From positions 109,802,001-109,866,000 of the forward strand of contig OX597818.1 of the NCBI GenBank assembly GCA_951406725.2: 64,000 bases of DNA, in the 5' to 3' direction. The position numbers and the translations under genes were made by a program. Origin of the DNA: Octopus vulgaris. Its lineage: Eukaryota. How positions within the stretch are numbered: position 1 is the stretch's first letter; the number at the start of each line of letters is the position of its first letter. This document shows positions 31,461 to 45,282 of the stretch, in pieces. The notes below the pieces were generated by a model that had not been told where the DNA came from, did not search any database, and was given only the letters and a program-made list of their open reading frames with translations.

Positions 31461-32126
31461 TGGACTTCCTCGAAAAGTTATTATATAGCCTATATACCAT
31501 TTAAATATTAAAAAAAAGAACACATCGGACTCTATGGATCCTTTAATTGAAACTCTTAACTGCTCTTAATTTTAGTACAAAAAAATTTCTTTCATTCCTC
31601 TTTTTATCAGGCCTCTCTTTCTCACACATCCTTCCATACGTATTCCACATAGTTTTTTTTACATGTATTTTTTATGTATCTCTTTATATTTTATAAATAT
31701 CCTTTAAAATATTCATGTGTGTCGATATGTATTGATATGTGTATACGCATTTTAAGTCGAATTTATAACTGTATGTGTACGATTTGCCTAATGTGAGTTT
31801 ATATCTTAATTCTTATATGTGTGCGTGTGTGTGTGTGTGTGTGTCGAGAATAGCAACGCCAGGTATACTTTTAAAGGATACATATTATGCAGAGTTCAAA
31901 TGTATCAGTTGATTGCGGCCATGCTGGGGCATCGCTTTGAAGGATTTTTTGCTGAATGAATTGACGCCAGTACTTGTATTTTTTAAGGACTTATTCTATC
32001 GATGTCTTTTGCCGAATCGTTAAGTTACGTCGACGCGTAATCACACCAACACTGGTTGTAAAGTGGTGGTAGGTGGGGTGACAAACACAGACACAAAGAA
32101 ACACACGCACTCACGCACACACACAC

Positions 32127-32173
<47 letters not shown>

Positions 32174-32174
<1 letters not shown>

Positions 32175-32365
32175 TTTATTTAAAGCAGCAGAAAATTCAA
32201 CAAAACCTGTTACTCTGAGTTTCCCGTTGCCGATGAACGGCAACGGGAAACTCAGAGTAACAGGTTTTGTTGAATTTTCTGCTACTTTAAATAAAGCATA
32301 TTACTCTACCACTGGTATTTGAGTACTCTTTTTTCCACCTTGTTTCACATTTATGTGTTTACTCC

Positions 32366-32367
<2 letters not shown>
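32174..32367. mobile_element. Palindromic hammerhead element, family A copy 2 (centre deleted), in the (TA)n of a SINE
   Basis: Near-identical to the reverse complement of 1205-1432, with the same endpoints. Confidence 0.8.
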
Positions 32368-32401
<34 letters not shown>

Positions 32402-34719
32402 ACGGGCTCCTTTCAGCCTACCAAATCAATTCACAAGCTTTGGTCAACCCGAAGCTAACGTAGAAGACATTTGCCTAAGGTTCCACGCAGTGGGACTGAA
32501 CCCAGAACCGTGGTTGTGAAGCAAACCTCTTACTACACAGCCATGTTTGTGGCTATCTTTGTGATGGCTAAAACCTTAAACAAGATACACTTAAAATCTC
32601 TAATTTATGGATCGTAAGAATATATGATTGAATTTTAAAATCCTTCAAAATCTTACTGTAAATATTGTTCATTATATAATCCTACAAAGGCAACTAGCTG
32701 GCAGAATCGTTAGACCACCTGACGAAATGCTTATCGGTATTTCACCCGTTGCTACGCTCTGAGTTCAAATTCCGCCGAGGTCGACTTTACCTTTTATCCT
32801 TTCGGGGTCGATAAATTAAGTACCAGCCAAGGACTGGGACCGATATGATCAACTATTCCCCTCCCCACAAATTCCAGACCTTGTGCCTATAAAAGAAAGG
32901 ATTATATAGACCTACGTCAATGGTATTAACACGATTACAATTTTGCCTCGTGTTCGATATTGTTAATTTCGATCTGATCATAATTTAAGATGACGAACTT
33001 TTTTAACGTTATTAGATACCATCAGAGTCCTTATTCCACGCATTTTCAATCCATATATGTCTGCTCCATTCTTATTCATCTAACATTTCCCATCAGTGTG
33101 AAATGTTAATGTTTTCCATTAAATAATTTTAATTTTATTCAGTTCCTAACATCGATGTTTTGTTAGAACTGATTTTTCCCTCGATATCAACAAGTTTATT
33201 TCTATGCATATAAAAATACAAAGTGATCCATTTTTAGCATCAATCTAAATCTGTCAGTATTTGCATTGTGCTGGGATTTTCTATAGAATATATATATATA
33301 TTTTTTTTAATGAAATAGTAAATCTTTTCTTTTCATGAAACGAAAAAAGAAAAAAAACAAGAAGTTGGCTGTTGCTATGTACCGTAGTAAAGTGCTGCAA
33401 AATACACAAGCCATTTACATATTTGCTTTTGTAGGGTGGTTCTAACTAACCCGAATACTTACTACTAACCGCCGTCAGTTGTGCTTATAACATTATGAGT
33501 CACTTTGTGGCACCAACAATTGTGCAACACTTTCGCCTTTTACAATTTTATATGCCTAGCTTTTATTGTATTTATTTTCTAAATGTCATAACTGTACAGT
33601 TTCTCCCCATTTCCCCTCTGGCTAAAACAGAAAAACAATTAAAATAGACGTCTATTCAAACAAGTGATGCAGCGATGAATGCTGGAATGAACGACTGGTT
33701 AGTTTACCAGAAGAAGTAAAGTGAAACCTCCTTGAAGAAGAAATTCCTCCCCAATTGGGAAATTACTTGGTTGGATGAATAAAAGCGACAACATGCTTGT
33801 ACAGTTACGAATATTTATATAATGGAGAAGTCGTCGTCGGCCCGTCATATTCTCAATGGAAACTTCTTAATTTTTTGTGCTCTCTTTATTTAAGGGTCAG
33901 AAACAACAGCCAACTCTGAAATCACCTCTGGTGATGTGAAGACGTACATGGAGCAACGATTACATAATTAGGCTTCCCAATCTTCATGGAAGCATAAAAC
34001 ATACGTACGATTTTGTCGTATTATTGGAATAAAGTCTTCCAAGATACAAGAAAACATATAAGGTTGCTATAGATAAATATTTTCAGTACATACGAAGATT
34101 TTTTGTTGTTGTATGTAGCCAGAAAGTTCGACTTAACATCGTGAATAATTCTTTTTACGGCTTTCTCCTTCAGAATACGAAGAAACACATGAAGCTCTAA
34201 ATTCTGGTCTTAAGTCGGGCACCTTGACTCGCATTATAGAATTATGTATACATAAAATATTTATAAATATCGTATATGTAAATGTATATAATTATATATA
34301 TGTAAATGCATATATAAATTTATACATAGGCGCAAGAGCAGATGTGTGGTAAGTAGCTTGCTTACAACCACATGGTTCCGGGTTCAGTCCCTCTACGTGG
34401 CACCTTGGGCAAGTGTCTTCTACTATAGCCTCCTGCCGACTAATGCCTTGTAGGTGGATTTGGTAGACGGAAACTGAAAGAAGCCCGTCGTATATGTGTG
34501 TGTTTCTCCCTCCAACATCGCTTGACAACCGATGCTGGTGTAACTTAGCGGTTCGGCAAAAGAGTCCGATATAATACGTACTAGGCTTACAATGAATAAG
34601 TCCTGGGATCGATTTGTTCTACTAAATGAGGTGCTTCAGCATGGCCGTGGTCAAATAACTGAAACAAGTAACAGAATAAAAGAATAGAATATACGTACAT
34701 GCATACATACATACATACA

Positions 34720-34750
<31 letters not shown>

Positions 34751-34792
34751 GTGTGTGTGTGGTGCGTGTGTGTTTGTGTGTGTGTGTGGTGC

Positions 34793-34823
<31 letters not shown>

Positions 34824-35052
34824 TGTGTGCGTGTATGTGCGCGCGTGTGTGTATATAGTAAGAGGAGGGATATAATATCCAGGCAGATACAGAATTTCTC
34901 TATGTAAAATGCCAATACTGGTTCTTTCACAAGGTGTGTCTTGCGGTAAATTTCCTTTAACTCTCATCTGATGTTACGGATTTTTTCCTGGCTATTTACA
35001 GTGTAGAGTACAATATTGATTACAAGGAGAATGAAGAATTTGAACGTTCATA

Positions 35053-35421
35053 CTTTATGTTTAATTGTATTTGGTTTATTCATAATAATTGTCCGACATG
35101 TGTTTCGATCACATTAATTGCATATTGTTGCATATTTATATATGCAGTGATTTATGCATTATTATTACGATCTCTTCAGGGCGTATAAATATGACATTAT
35201 TCGATGACCGTCATAGTTTAATACAACAGCCATCAAGCCTAGTTCAAGCTAATAGCAAAGGAAAATTCCTCTTCGAACAATTTCATATTTATGCCCCTGA
35301 AGAGATCGTAATAATAATGCATAAATCGCTGCATATAATCATGCAACAATATGCAATCAATGCGATCGAAACACGTGTCGGACAATTATTATGAATAAAC
35401 CAAATACAATTAAACATAAAG
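35053..35421. repeat. Inverted repeat (~140-bp arms, ~88-nt spacer) with an HHR in each arm
   Basis: 35053-35194 is the reverse complement of 35283-35421. Confidence 0.85.
35293..35383 (+). ncRNA. Type I hammerhead ribozyme (mirror copy on - strand ~35091-35182)
   Basis: gccc-CTGAAGA-gatcg...cgatc-GAAAC-acgt-GTC-ggac. Confidence 0.75.
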
Positions 35422-36337
35422 ACCATATATATATCTATATATATTTAGTTGGCAGATGAGATTCAGAAATTCTCCGTATAGAAGACAGTAGTGCTCAAAA
35501 GATTCAAACTTAGATATCGACGTTTTTACAGGGGGTCATTCAATAAGGTAAAGAAAGGCGATAAGAGACATCAAGTTGAGCGGGTATACAAGCAATTATG
35601 CGGATAAACAAATTAGACACATCAGATATATTAAATATATTAAACATCAAATAATATATATATATATATAAATGTATATACACACACTCATGCAAAACTG
35701 TAGGAAGCAAAAAGTGGAGATTTTCAGACGATGAATATTTAAGTATAAATAAATAGATATTTATATTATTAGATCCGACTTACAGAGTACAAACGACAGA
35801 GAAAATTAAAGGGATGAAAAATCGGTGTCATAAGTCCAACATCTGTTTCTGGGGTTCGGCGATCCATAATTTTGTTAGTAGATTTAATACATCACAATGT
35901 GCTGTCGTATGGATGCAATTAACATTGGATGACACATGCCTTCGTCATAAGGGTAGAGAAGATCTTACATTTCAGATCTTAACGCAGAGAAATTCAAAGA
36001 TATTTATACATAAAAATGCTTCGTCTGAAAGTTCCCACCTTTCGTTTTGCATGTATACATATATACATATTTTGTAAATCCTATATTTAATATATATTTT
36101 CCAGAAATCTCTATACGACCTGGAAGGGCCCGTAACCTCCCCTGCCACCGTTAAGTAGGCTACAGGCACTTCGGCTACCATAACTAGACTTAGAATGAAT
36201 AATGTAATGGTTTCCTGTTGCCTTGCCACTCTCTCACCTGCAGAGCGAAGTGAAATGAAGTGTTTTGCATATCTGACCGGCTTGTGATTCTAACTGCAAC
36301 AAACCGTTCTAACTGCAACAAACCGCTAGGTCATGTG

Positions 36338-36386
<49 letters not shown>

Positions 36387-37020
36387 GTATATATACATAC
36401 ATACATACATACATACATACATACACACACACACATACACATACATACCTACATATGTGTGCATGTGTGTGTGTATGTATGCATCCCTATTTCTCTTTTT
36501 CTCTCTCTCGTTGCTCACACGTGACCATCGTCCATTTTTCTTTTCCTCTCGTGACCATCTTTCCTGCACGGACGTTCTAAGAACTGGACGTCTCCTCTCT
36601 TCTATTTTTTCTCTTTTCAAAGAAAATATTTCTCCCAGCGTTCACTATTTTCCCCCTCACTCAGTTATAACCACCCTTCATGTTGGATTTTGTTCGCTTT
36701 CCCTGTATGTCTCCACTGCCCTGCTTTTGTTCCTGACTTTGACCCTCCATAAATTCTAAATATTGTTTTGGTATTTATGGGATCATCTGTCTTCGAAGAC
36801 TCATATTGCCGTTGAATACTCGAAATGAGGAGTAGATAGACAGCCGACAACTGATGAAGGGTCATTCTTTGTATTGTCCTTTTTCTCTCGTTATTTGCGT
36901 ATTTATCTCATTTGTTTTCGTATTTCATGTTGTTTACTGTTGGTAACGTTCTGTACCCATATATGCATATATATATATATATATAGCAAAGTGAAATTGT
37001 AAGTTACCGCACGAGTGGAA

Positions 37021-37452
37021 ATATATATGAAAGAAGGTTTGAAAATGCAATTTTAAAGTTGTTTATTCACTTGACCGGTTTCAGTTTTTTTAGAAAATGA
37101 TTGTCAAAAGTAAAATGTAAAGCTTTGTAAACGCTTTGTTGTATTCAGTATTGGTTGTCACAAAATATTACAATCCATATATACATTCTTTAGTAATAAG
37201 AAAATGTTAAAAACAGTTTACAAGGAAATATCTATAGAAAATATTAAACAAAAATTTCAAAAAAATATATTGGGATTTCCTTAAAAGTCATGTTTGTTTG
37301 GAAGTATCTAGTAAATAACCGTTTTAGCTTCACACAGACCCAAAAAATGCTAAAACAGGTCAGTTCATCTCAAATTCTTTGTAAACTCCTAAATATATCT
37401 TCTTCTGTGTATATATATACCACCAGATATGACTGTCTTTGAACTAATACCT

Positions 37453-37529
<77 letters not shown>

Positions 37530-37797
37530 TACTTCCAAACAAACATGATTTTTAATAAAATCCCAATATATATTTTTTTAATTTTTGTTTAATATTTTCT
37601 CAAGATTTTTCCTTGTAAACCGTTTTTAACATTTTCTTATTATTATCAAAGAATGTATATATGTATTTTAATACTTTTGTGACAACCAGTACTTAACACA
37701 ACAAAGCTTTTACATTTTACTTTTGACAATCTTTTTCTAAAAAAAGTGAAACCGGTCAAGTGAATAAACATCTTTAAAATTGCATTTTCAAACCTTC

Positions 37798-37803
<6 letters not shown>
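37021..37803. repeat. Inverted repeat (~285-bp arms) with U3-A8 HHR-like motif, TA-flanked
   Basis: 37021-37310 versus 37526-37803; tttactt-TTGACAA-...-GAAAC-cg-GTC-aagtgaa at 37716-37764. Confidence 0.85.
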
Positions 37804-37891
<88 letters not shown>

Positions 37892-37989
37892 GTATAAGTT
37901 AGAGGTGTTTAAAGCCTCTAAGGCATGGCTATATTGTTCAAAGGCACTTTTGGTAATTACCTCAGTAGGTATATTCCTCTGACTTCTTC

Positions 37990-38074
37990 GTTCTGACGAT
38001 GTCTACCATTGGCAACGAGGCGAAAATATAAATATATGTTTTTCTCACCATGGTAAACAGAAACGGTCGTAAAC
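37990..38074 (+). ncRNA. Type I hammerhead ribozyme in a TA-flanked insert (37889-38176)
   Basis: gtt-CTGACGA-tgtctaccat...atggtaaaca-GAAAC-ggtc-GTA-aac. Confidence 0.75.
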
Positions 38075-38194
38075 AACTTCACTCTCACTCTCACATTTAT
38101 TTACTAATTAAATAATCGCTTACTAGTGCAAAAGACACACTTCTGTTTGTAATGTTACCTCCATTTTCTTCTCGTCTATATATATATATATATA

Positions 38195-38423
38195 CCGGGG
38201 TAAGCACATAAATGTGAAACAAGGTGGAAAAAAGAGTACTCAAATACCAGAGGTAGAGTAATATGGTTTAATAAAAAGCAGCAGAAATATAACAAAAGCT
38301 GTTACTCAGAGTTTCACGTTCCCGTTCGTCGGACAGTTTTGTTAAAAAAAAACTGTCTGACGAACGGGAACGTGAAACTCTGAGTAACAGCTTTTGTCAT
38401 ATTTCTGCTGCTTTTAAATAAAG
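38195..38423. mobile_element. Palindromic hammerhead element, family A copy 3 (intact centre)
   Basis: Diverged subfamily of 1205-1432; HHR motif on both arms. Confidence 0.8.
38353..38390 (+). ncRNA. Minimal type I hammerhead ribozyme
   Basis: ctgt-CTGACGA-acg GGAA cgt-GAAAC-tctga-GTA-acag: canonical core, paired helix I and helix II with GNRA loop. Confidence 0.8.
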
Positions 38424-38425
38424 TG

Positions 38426-38464
<39 letters not shown>

Positions 38465-38528
38465 ATACAAACGTATTTGTATATATTTTTCTATAGACAT
38501 AGATACATAATGATAACTATGTATGTAT

Positions 38529-38945
38529 AGGCGCAGGAGTGGCTGTGTGGTAAGTAGCTTGTTTACCAACCACATGGTTCCGGGTTCAGTCCCACTGCGT
38601 GGCACCTTGGGCAAGTGTCTTCTACTATAGCCTCGGGCCGACCAAAGCCTTGTGAGTGGATTTGGTAGACGGAAACTGAAAGAAGCCCGTCATATATATG
38701 TATATATATATATATGCGTGTGTGTGTTTGTGTGTCTGTGTTTGTCCCCCTAGCATTGCTTGACAACCGATGCTGGTGTGTTTATGTCCCCGTTACTTAG
38801 CGGTTCGGCAAAAAGAGACCGATAGAATAAGTACTGGGCTTACAAAAAAAGAATAAGTTCCGGGGTCGAGTTGCTCGATTAAAGGCGGTGCTCCAGCATG
38901 GCCGCAGTCAAATGACTGAAACAAGTAAAAGAGTAAAGAGTAAGA
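38529..38945 (+). mobile_element. tRNA-derived SINE type B with internal TA/TG microsatellite
   Basis: ggcgcaggagtggctgtgtggtaag A-box, ggttcagtccc B-box, accttgggcaagt CORE-like motif. Other copies near 10816, 13525, 14577, 31900(-), 34328, 49829, 52055(-), 53715(-). Confidence 0.85.
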
Positions 38946-39640
38946 GTATATGCACGAATGTATGTATGCATGCGTCTGTGTGTGTGTGTGTGTGTTTGTA
39001 CGTACATGTAAATTCATGTACTGGGTGTGCATTGTTTCACTTTAGCACGGCTTTGGTTTGAGTTTTTTATAATTTATCTCTCATCTACTTTACAGCGTCA
39101 TCTCTTCGCTGCTTGGGCTTTTAATTTTCCGTTCATTTGACTTTCAATTTAGTTCTTTCGAAATTGAGTTAGACCAGACTCTAAAATAACACTTAAGTTG
39201 GATTTTTTTTATATATATATTTTGTTAATATTTTCGAGATTGACTAATAGAGCTTCAAATGTCAAGACAATCGATTTTTTTTTCCTGAAAATATGAAATT
39301 AATATATTTTAATCAACTTCAATGCTGGAAGTGTTTTACAGAAATTGCGATACACTTTAACACAAAGAAAGCAACTTGTGGAGCAATTAAACGAAATGAA
39401 GAATAAACCAGGACCGAGGCCATCCTTGCATTTTCAGAAACGTCAAAAAACACCATAAATGTGCGGTTATATTATGAAGGTATTAGAAGCTCATATTTTT
39501 GAGAGAAAATAAAAACCGTTATTACAACAGTATTCATATGCACGTGTGTGTGTGTGTGTGTGTGTGTGTTTTGTGTGCGCACGACTCGCGGAACCAGTCT
39601 ACTGTGTAAACCAAATATTGTCCATATGTGTGTGCGCGCG

Positions 39641-39705
<65 letters not shown>

Positions 39706-40281
39706 GTTTAAATATTTGTTGTGCAAGATTTTTTATGTGAAGTCGTGTGTTGAAACAGATATTGTTATATTTCGGAATGGTCATATTGCCAGTTTAGCCA
39801 ATAAAAACACACGCACTATATATTTGGTGTTATTTTGCTTCAGTGTTATTTATTTTTTACATTAATCTTAATCTTATTTCGGCCAGAGTTCTTTTGTCAC
39901 ACTCCTGTGACCGCATCAGTGGTCCTTTGTTTTCTTCTTACTTATTTGTGTCTCTCCTTACTAACCGTCAGCCATTTTGTATTTCTATTGTATGTCTTCA
40001 TTTGCGCATGCTTATATCTCTATGTGCGTCTATGTTTATTTAGTGTGTGTATGTGGGGGGATGCCTGTAATATTTGTATCTTCTGTTTATATATGTTCAT
40101 GTAATTTGTATTTTGTTTTTGTTGTTTTTGTTTATTCTTATTTTGTTCATGTGTTTACATCCACTTATTATTATCATTACATATGCTTGTATGTATGTAT
40201 GTATGTATGTATGTATGTATGTATGTATGTATGTATGTATGTATAACAACAATACTAGTAATAATAATAATAAATCGAATC

Positions 40282-40361
<80 letters not shown>

Positions 40362-40364
<3 letters not shown>

Positions 40365-40984
40365 TTTATTTCTATTAGTTTATTCATCTGTGTATTTATT
40401 ATGTTTTCAGGATTCTCTATCGTCATATGTTGTGGTGTGTGTTAGTGCTCCATTCTAGTTTTCTATTCAGGCTAGGTTTATTTTCTATTATGTGTGTAGC
40501 TTCTGTAATTTGTCTAATTGTTGCATCTGTTCTATGTGTGGACAATATTTTAATTTCTATGTTATTGATTGATCCCCCGTGTTCCTGTTCGGCGTGTTGG
40601 TACAGAATCGATGAGCTTTTACCTTCCTTAAGTTGTCTCCAATGTCCGTTTACCCGCTCTCCTATGCTTCTTGCCGTTTCCCCTACGTATGTCGTTGTCT
40701 TGTTACTGCATCGTCCCTCTATACATCTTATACTATAGACTACATTTCTGGCTTTACAGTTTGTTTTATGGGCTAAATCTACATACTGTACAGTACTTAT
40801 CCGTACAGGGGGTTCTACTAAAAGGATAGGTTCTACAAATTATAGATTTGATAGGGTTGCCTGGCTTTTCAACAACCTTAATTCTTAGCTTAAGTTTGTC
40901 TAGGGTCCTTCTAAAGCGGTACGCCAGTTCACCTGCAGGGGTGGTGTCAACGAACATGACACTCTGGTATTTATGGCTATCATA
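40362..40984 (-). pseudogene. PLE linker + GIY-YIG endonuclease (frameshift near 40768)
   Basis: Manual translation: FVDTTPAGEL..CTDKYCTVC / KTNCKARNVVYSIRC..TYVGETARSIGERVNGH..HAEQEH..RQITEA..LNRKLEW. Confidence 0.85.
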
Positions 40985-43822
40985 TCAAGAGTTGGCCTTC
41001 CCTATTTTCTTTTTTGTCCTTTCTATAGTGTTCCATGACTTGTTCCTATAGAGTGGGCAAATCCTATTCCTATCATTACATAATATATTATCAAATTTCT
41101 TCATGGCTCCTTTGTATACTCTGATCCTTTCTTTATAGCTGTAACCTGAGAACTGCATGCGGTGAATGAAATATTGTATGTGTCTCTTTAACTCTGTGGG
41201 CTCGCACATGCGTGACACATTTCTCATTATTCTGACGAGGTCTGCCATCAAAATATTGAATTTGGCATTGTCCGCAATGGCTGAGTTCCGGTGGATCAAG
41301 TATTTTGAGGCCATAGGTTTGGCATAGTATGAATGAAGGATTTGGGTTTTATTATTCACAATTTCTAGCCAGAGTTCAGTGTCTAGTACTGGTAGTCTAT
41401 GGTTGGGGTGTTTAGTGGGGTAGTCTATTGTGACCTTAATACTCTGGTGGATGGAGTTAGCTATTTGCTGGATGCTCTCCATAGTATTAGTTTCTATTAC
41501 TATATCAACATTACTCTCTTGTGGGAGTGCCTTTACCACTATGTTGATATCATCAACATAGCGAGAGTACATGTTTACTAGTATGGAGTTCTGTGTTAGG
41601 CGTTCTTTAAGCCTTCTGTCCCACCATACCATGAAACGGTTGGCCACATCACTAGCGATACTAACGCCGATGGCTGCCCCCTCGCCCTGGGCATATATTT
41701 TATTATTAAACTTAAACGTGTGGCCTTTTAGGGTAACTCTTATACTAGCTCCTAGTGCATGTGCGATCATTTTCTTTATCTGATGGACATTTGCGGGGCT
41801 CCGTATGGCTCTGGTCCATCCGCGCCATCTTTCTACATGTGTTTTCCTAGCCATAGAAGTAATTGTGGGCGGTCTACCTCTTAAACATCTGCTGGGGCAG
41901 AAACTACTAAGATTATGTTTATCTAAGTATTCATTATTACATGTCAGTCTAACTAGGAGGTCCAGTTCTTCTGTGTTGACATTACGGAACTCCACCTGGC
42001 TCTCATTGATCATCTCCACGCACTTCTCCACCGCAAAATCTACGTCGATCGATGGGTATAGGGATACCACATCCATGCTACCCACCATACATCCTGTCAG
42101 GTCACAAGTGTTGTTACAGTCATCGATCCTGCTGAGGAGATCTTCTGTGCTGTCACAAACATCGGGTGACATCCGGATTATAGGGCGTATGATCATTGAG
42201 AGGAAGTAGGAGATTCTGTAATTGCTAGCGATATTCGCTCCACAGACTGGTCTTGTTGGTGGTCCTGCTATAGGGTCAGTAATTACTTTATGGTCCTTGC
42301 GAAGTCCATACAGTGCCGGGATATCATTGTTCCAGGCTTGGAAATTATTTGCTGTACGTTTCTGGGGTCCCAGAACAATTGTCCACATCATCATGTGGGC
42401 GTTGAGGACCTTTTCTCCCTCCTCATGTGCCTGTACAGTTGTTATTTTTGTATTGACGATATGAGGTTGCATTGCCTGGGTGTAGTTCGGTAAGCTGTCT
42501 ATTGACATCCTGCCGGACTTATCTGTGGGAAGGCATACCACCTCCCCGTTCCTCGTGCGCTGAATAAGCTTATGTAGGCCACTTGCAGGTTTAATCCCGA
42601 GGTGTTGGGCCTCTGTCCTATTCTGTCTCTGTCTCTTAGTGTATATTCCTAAAATCTGTCTAAGTTTGGTCCTAGCTATAGTGAACTGTACTTCCATATA
42701 GTCATTAGTATGTCTTGGGATGTAGACTCTTTTGTTGAAGGGTAATGTTGTTGGATAAATCCGGCTCATGCAGTAAGTTTTGTCACATACGTTGAAGAAT
42801 TGAGTGTCAAAGGGGTGGGTATACATGTCAATGGTCATTCTAGGGTTATCTTCATTATCGTTACTGTTTCCATCATCAGCCTCCCTATTATTATTACTAC
42901 CCTTACCACTACTACTATTATTACTATTACCACCACAATTACCATCATTACTACTTCTACTGTTACCACTACCACTACTACTACCACTATTATTGTTATT
43001 ACCATTATTCCTACCATTGCCATTATTACTATCATTCTGATTATCGCTAGTGATATTTTCATTGTTCTTGTTTCTGGTGTATGTGTTGTTCATATTAGTG
43101 TTGGGTTTTATGTCTGTCTGTTGGTCCCTGTCATTCCCTCTGTTGTGGTTGTTATTTTTGTTCCTACGAGTATTGTTATCTGTTTCAAGTCTACTGACTC
43201 CCTGTCCAAGGATTCTGTTGCATTCAACTTTATTTTCCATCGTGACCCCCACGACACAACTTTTATTCGTGTTTTTGTGACTGTGGTTATCTGTGTGTAT
43301 GTTTGTGTGTCGGTTCTCCCTATAATTGTTGTTGTTGTATACGATTTTTTTCTCTCTGTTTATGTTTTTGTTTTTGTAACTATTGTTTGTGTCTATGCAT
43401 TCATTTTTTCTATTGTTGTTGTTGTTACGGTTCGTGTTGCTTTTGTTGCTACGGTTGTTATTGCTGCGCTCATTATTGTTTGTGTTGTTGTTGCTGCGGT
43501 TAGTGTTTTTCACGTTGTTGTTGTTGTCGCAAGTGTTGTTGTCATTGTATCTATTTAAATTCCAACGTATTTTTGTGAACGACTTTTCAATCTCGGACAG
43601 GCATTTGATGGTATTCACCTTACTATACACTGCATACTTTGGTGGTAGCTGAAGTATCGATATTTCGTCTGGGTCCGTTGTTACTCCCCCATAGATGTTC
43701 GTTTCATTGTCTTTATTGAACTCTTCTGGTAGTAGCACATCTTCCATAATAATTCCATTTATTGTATCTGGATACTTCTGCTTTTCTTCCTTTGCGAGCT
43801 CATATTGATGTTTTTGTTTCAA
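40985..43822 (-). pseudogene. PLE reverse transcriptase ORF (945 aa), bounded by in-frame TGA stops
   Basis: ORF-track protein with PLE RT motifs; the frame continues through TGA at 43823-43825 and TGA at 40985-40987. Confidence 0.88.
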
Positions 43823-43977
43823 TCACGATAACTTCCTCTTAAAATGGATATTGCATTGGTGTATTACGTGTCTGTTTTCTTCATATATTAAATCCATTAG
43901 TGTGGTTTTCTCCTTTCGTGTGGTGATGTTTTTAATTTCTTTTAAAAATATACGTATGTATATATACACATACATAC

Positions 43978-44061
<84 letters not shown>

Positions 44062-44095
44062 AGGAGATGTGGAACACGAGTTGTGATATATACAA

Positions 44096-44411
44096 AAAGG
44101 AAATGAAGAAAATGCTGACAAAATAGTTTAAGTAAAGGAGAGTGTATTTAATTAGGTGAAAGTTCTTTTTACCGGTTACGCATTTGTTATGCTTATCAAA
44201 AGATATATTTTTAAGAGCGATAGAGTTCCTTTCTGATAGATTTTTTTCTCCTATCAGATAAGAGAAAAAATCTATCAGAAAGGAACTCTATCGCTCTTAA
44301 AAAAATATCTTTTGATAAGCATAACAAATGCGTAACCGGTAAAAAGAACTTTCACCTAATTAAATACACTCTCCTTTACTTAAATTATTTTGTCAGCATT
44401 TTCTTCATTTC

Positions 44412-44415
<4 letters not shown>
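44096..44415. repeat. Near-perfect ~320-bp palindrome between (TA)n tracts, with degenerate HHR (TTGATAA..GTAAC)
   Basis: Arms mirror around ~44256 with almost no spacer. Confidence 0.9.
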
Positions 44416-44473
<58 letters not shown>

Positions 44474-44618
44474 GTATAATAGGATATACATATGTTGAAA
44501 TTTCAATGAAGGAGCCTGGGATCTAGGTTAGAAACCAGTTCTTACTCTATTGACTAGAAACCTTGAAATATACTGAATAATGACATACATTCTTATGTAC
44601 ACACACACATATAGATAG

Positions 44619-44655
<37 letters not shown>

Positions 44656-45282
44656 AGGGGAGGGAAGGAAGAGAGAGAGGGAAGGAGGGAAAGAAAGAGA
44701 AGAAAATTCATGCCAGCAGCGACCAGTGGGAGCGCCAGATGCATTTCACCCGTTCTGGGCTTTTTTATTGATGCGTACTCGCAGCCAGCCAGTCGTATCC
44801 TCAGACGAAGATACGACGATTCGTTGTCTCTGGTGTAAGAATATGTGACTATTGCATTCGGCAATGTTACTATCATCGACAGTGTTTACACATAAAGTTT
44901 GATACGTAGATTACTATTTTAAACAAATACTGTTTCAAAACCGTATATCAGATGCTTTGTTATCGGAAACAAAGAATTATTTTACGATCATGTGACTGGC
45001 TGAGAGTAAGCGACATTGAAAAAGCCCCTAAAAGGACCAAATGCTACTGGTGTTCTCGATCGTTGTTGGGACGAGTTTCCGTCTCCCCTTGATGTTGAAT
45101 GTACTTTTAACACAGAAATTCCATAAAGGATGTTATCTCAGAACAAATACTGTAATTACTGGCCTATCGACAGTGTATATACATTAAGCATGATACATAG
45201 ACAACTATTTTAATTAAACGCTGCCTCGATTGCCCAGACAGGATACATACATACATATAATATATACATATATACATACATA

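Larger units (their letters stand above)
39715..43955 (-). mobile_element. Penelope-like retroelement (Naiad-like), 5'-truncated, bounded by (TA)n
   Basis: RT motifs PTDKSG, GSMDVVSLYPSI, GAAIG, YSRYVDD; Cys linker CTDKYCTVC..C; C-terminal GIY-YIG; 39715-40280 inferred as 3' UTR. Confidence 0.85.

Noticed and set aside
36780-36870. Hammerhead around CTGATGA at ~36851
   Set aside because: No downstream GAAA/helix III; at best a decayed remnant
38529-38605. tRNA genes
   Set aside because: A/B boxes belong to SINE heads; no complete cloverleaf seen
40985-40987. In-frame TGA codons (also 43823-43825) as selenocysteine, since some Naiad PLEs are selenoproteins
   Set aside because: The contexts (S*YD, KLS*LK) look like Trp rather than Cys positions, the copy also has a frameshift, and no SECIS was recognised; TGG>TGA decay is more likely
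42800-43558. 252-aa hydrophobic + strand ORF
   Set aside because: Antisense shadow of the Asn-rich PLE tract
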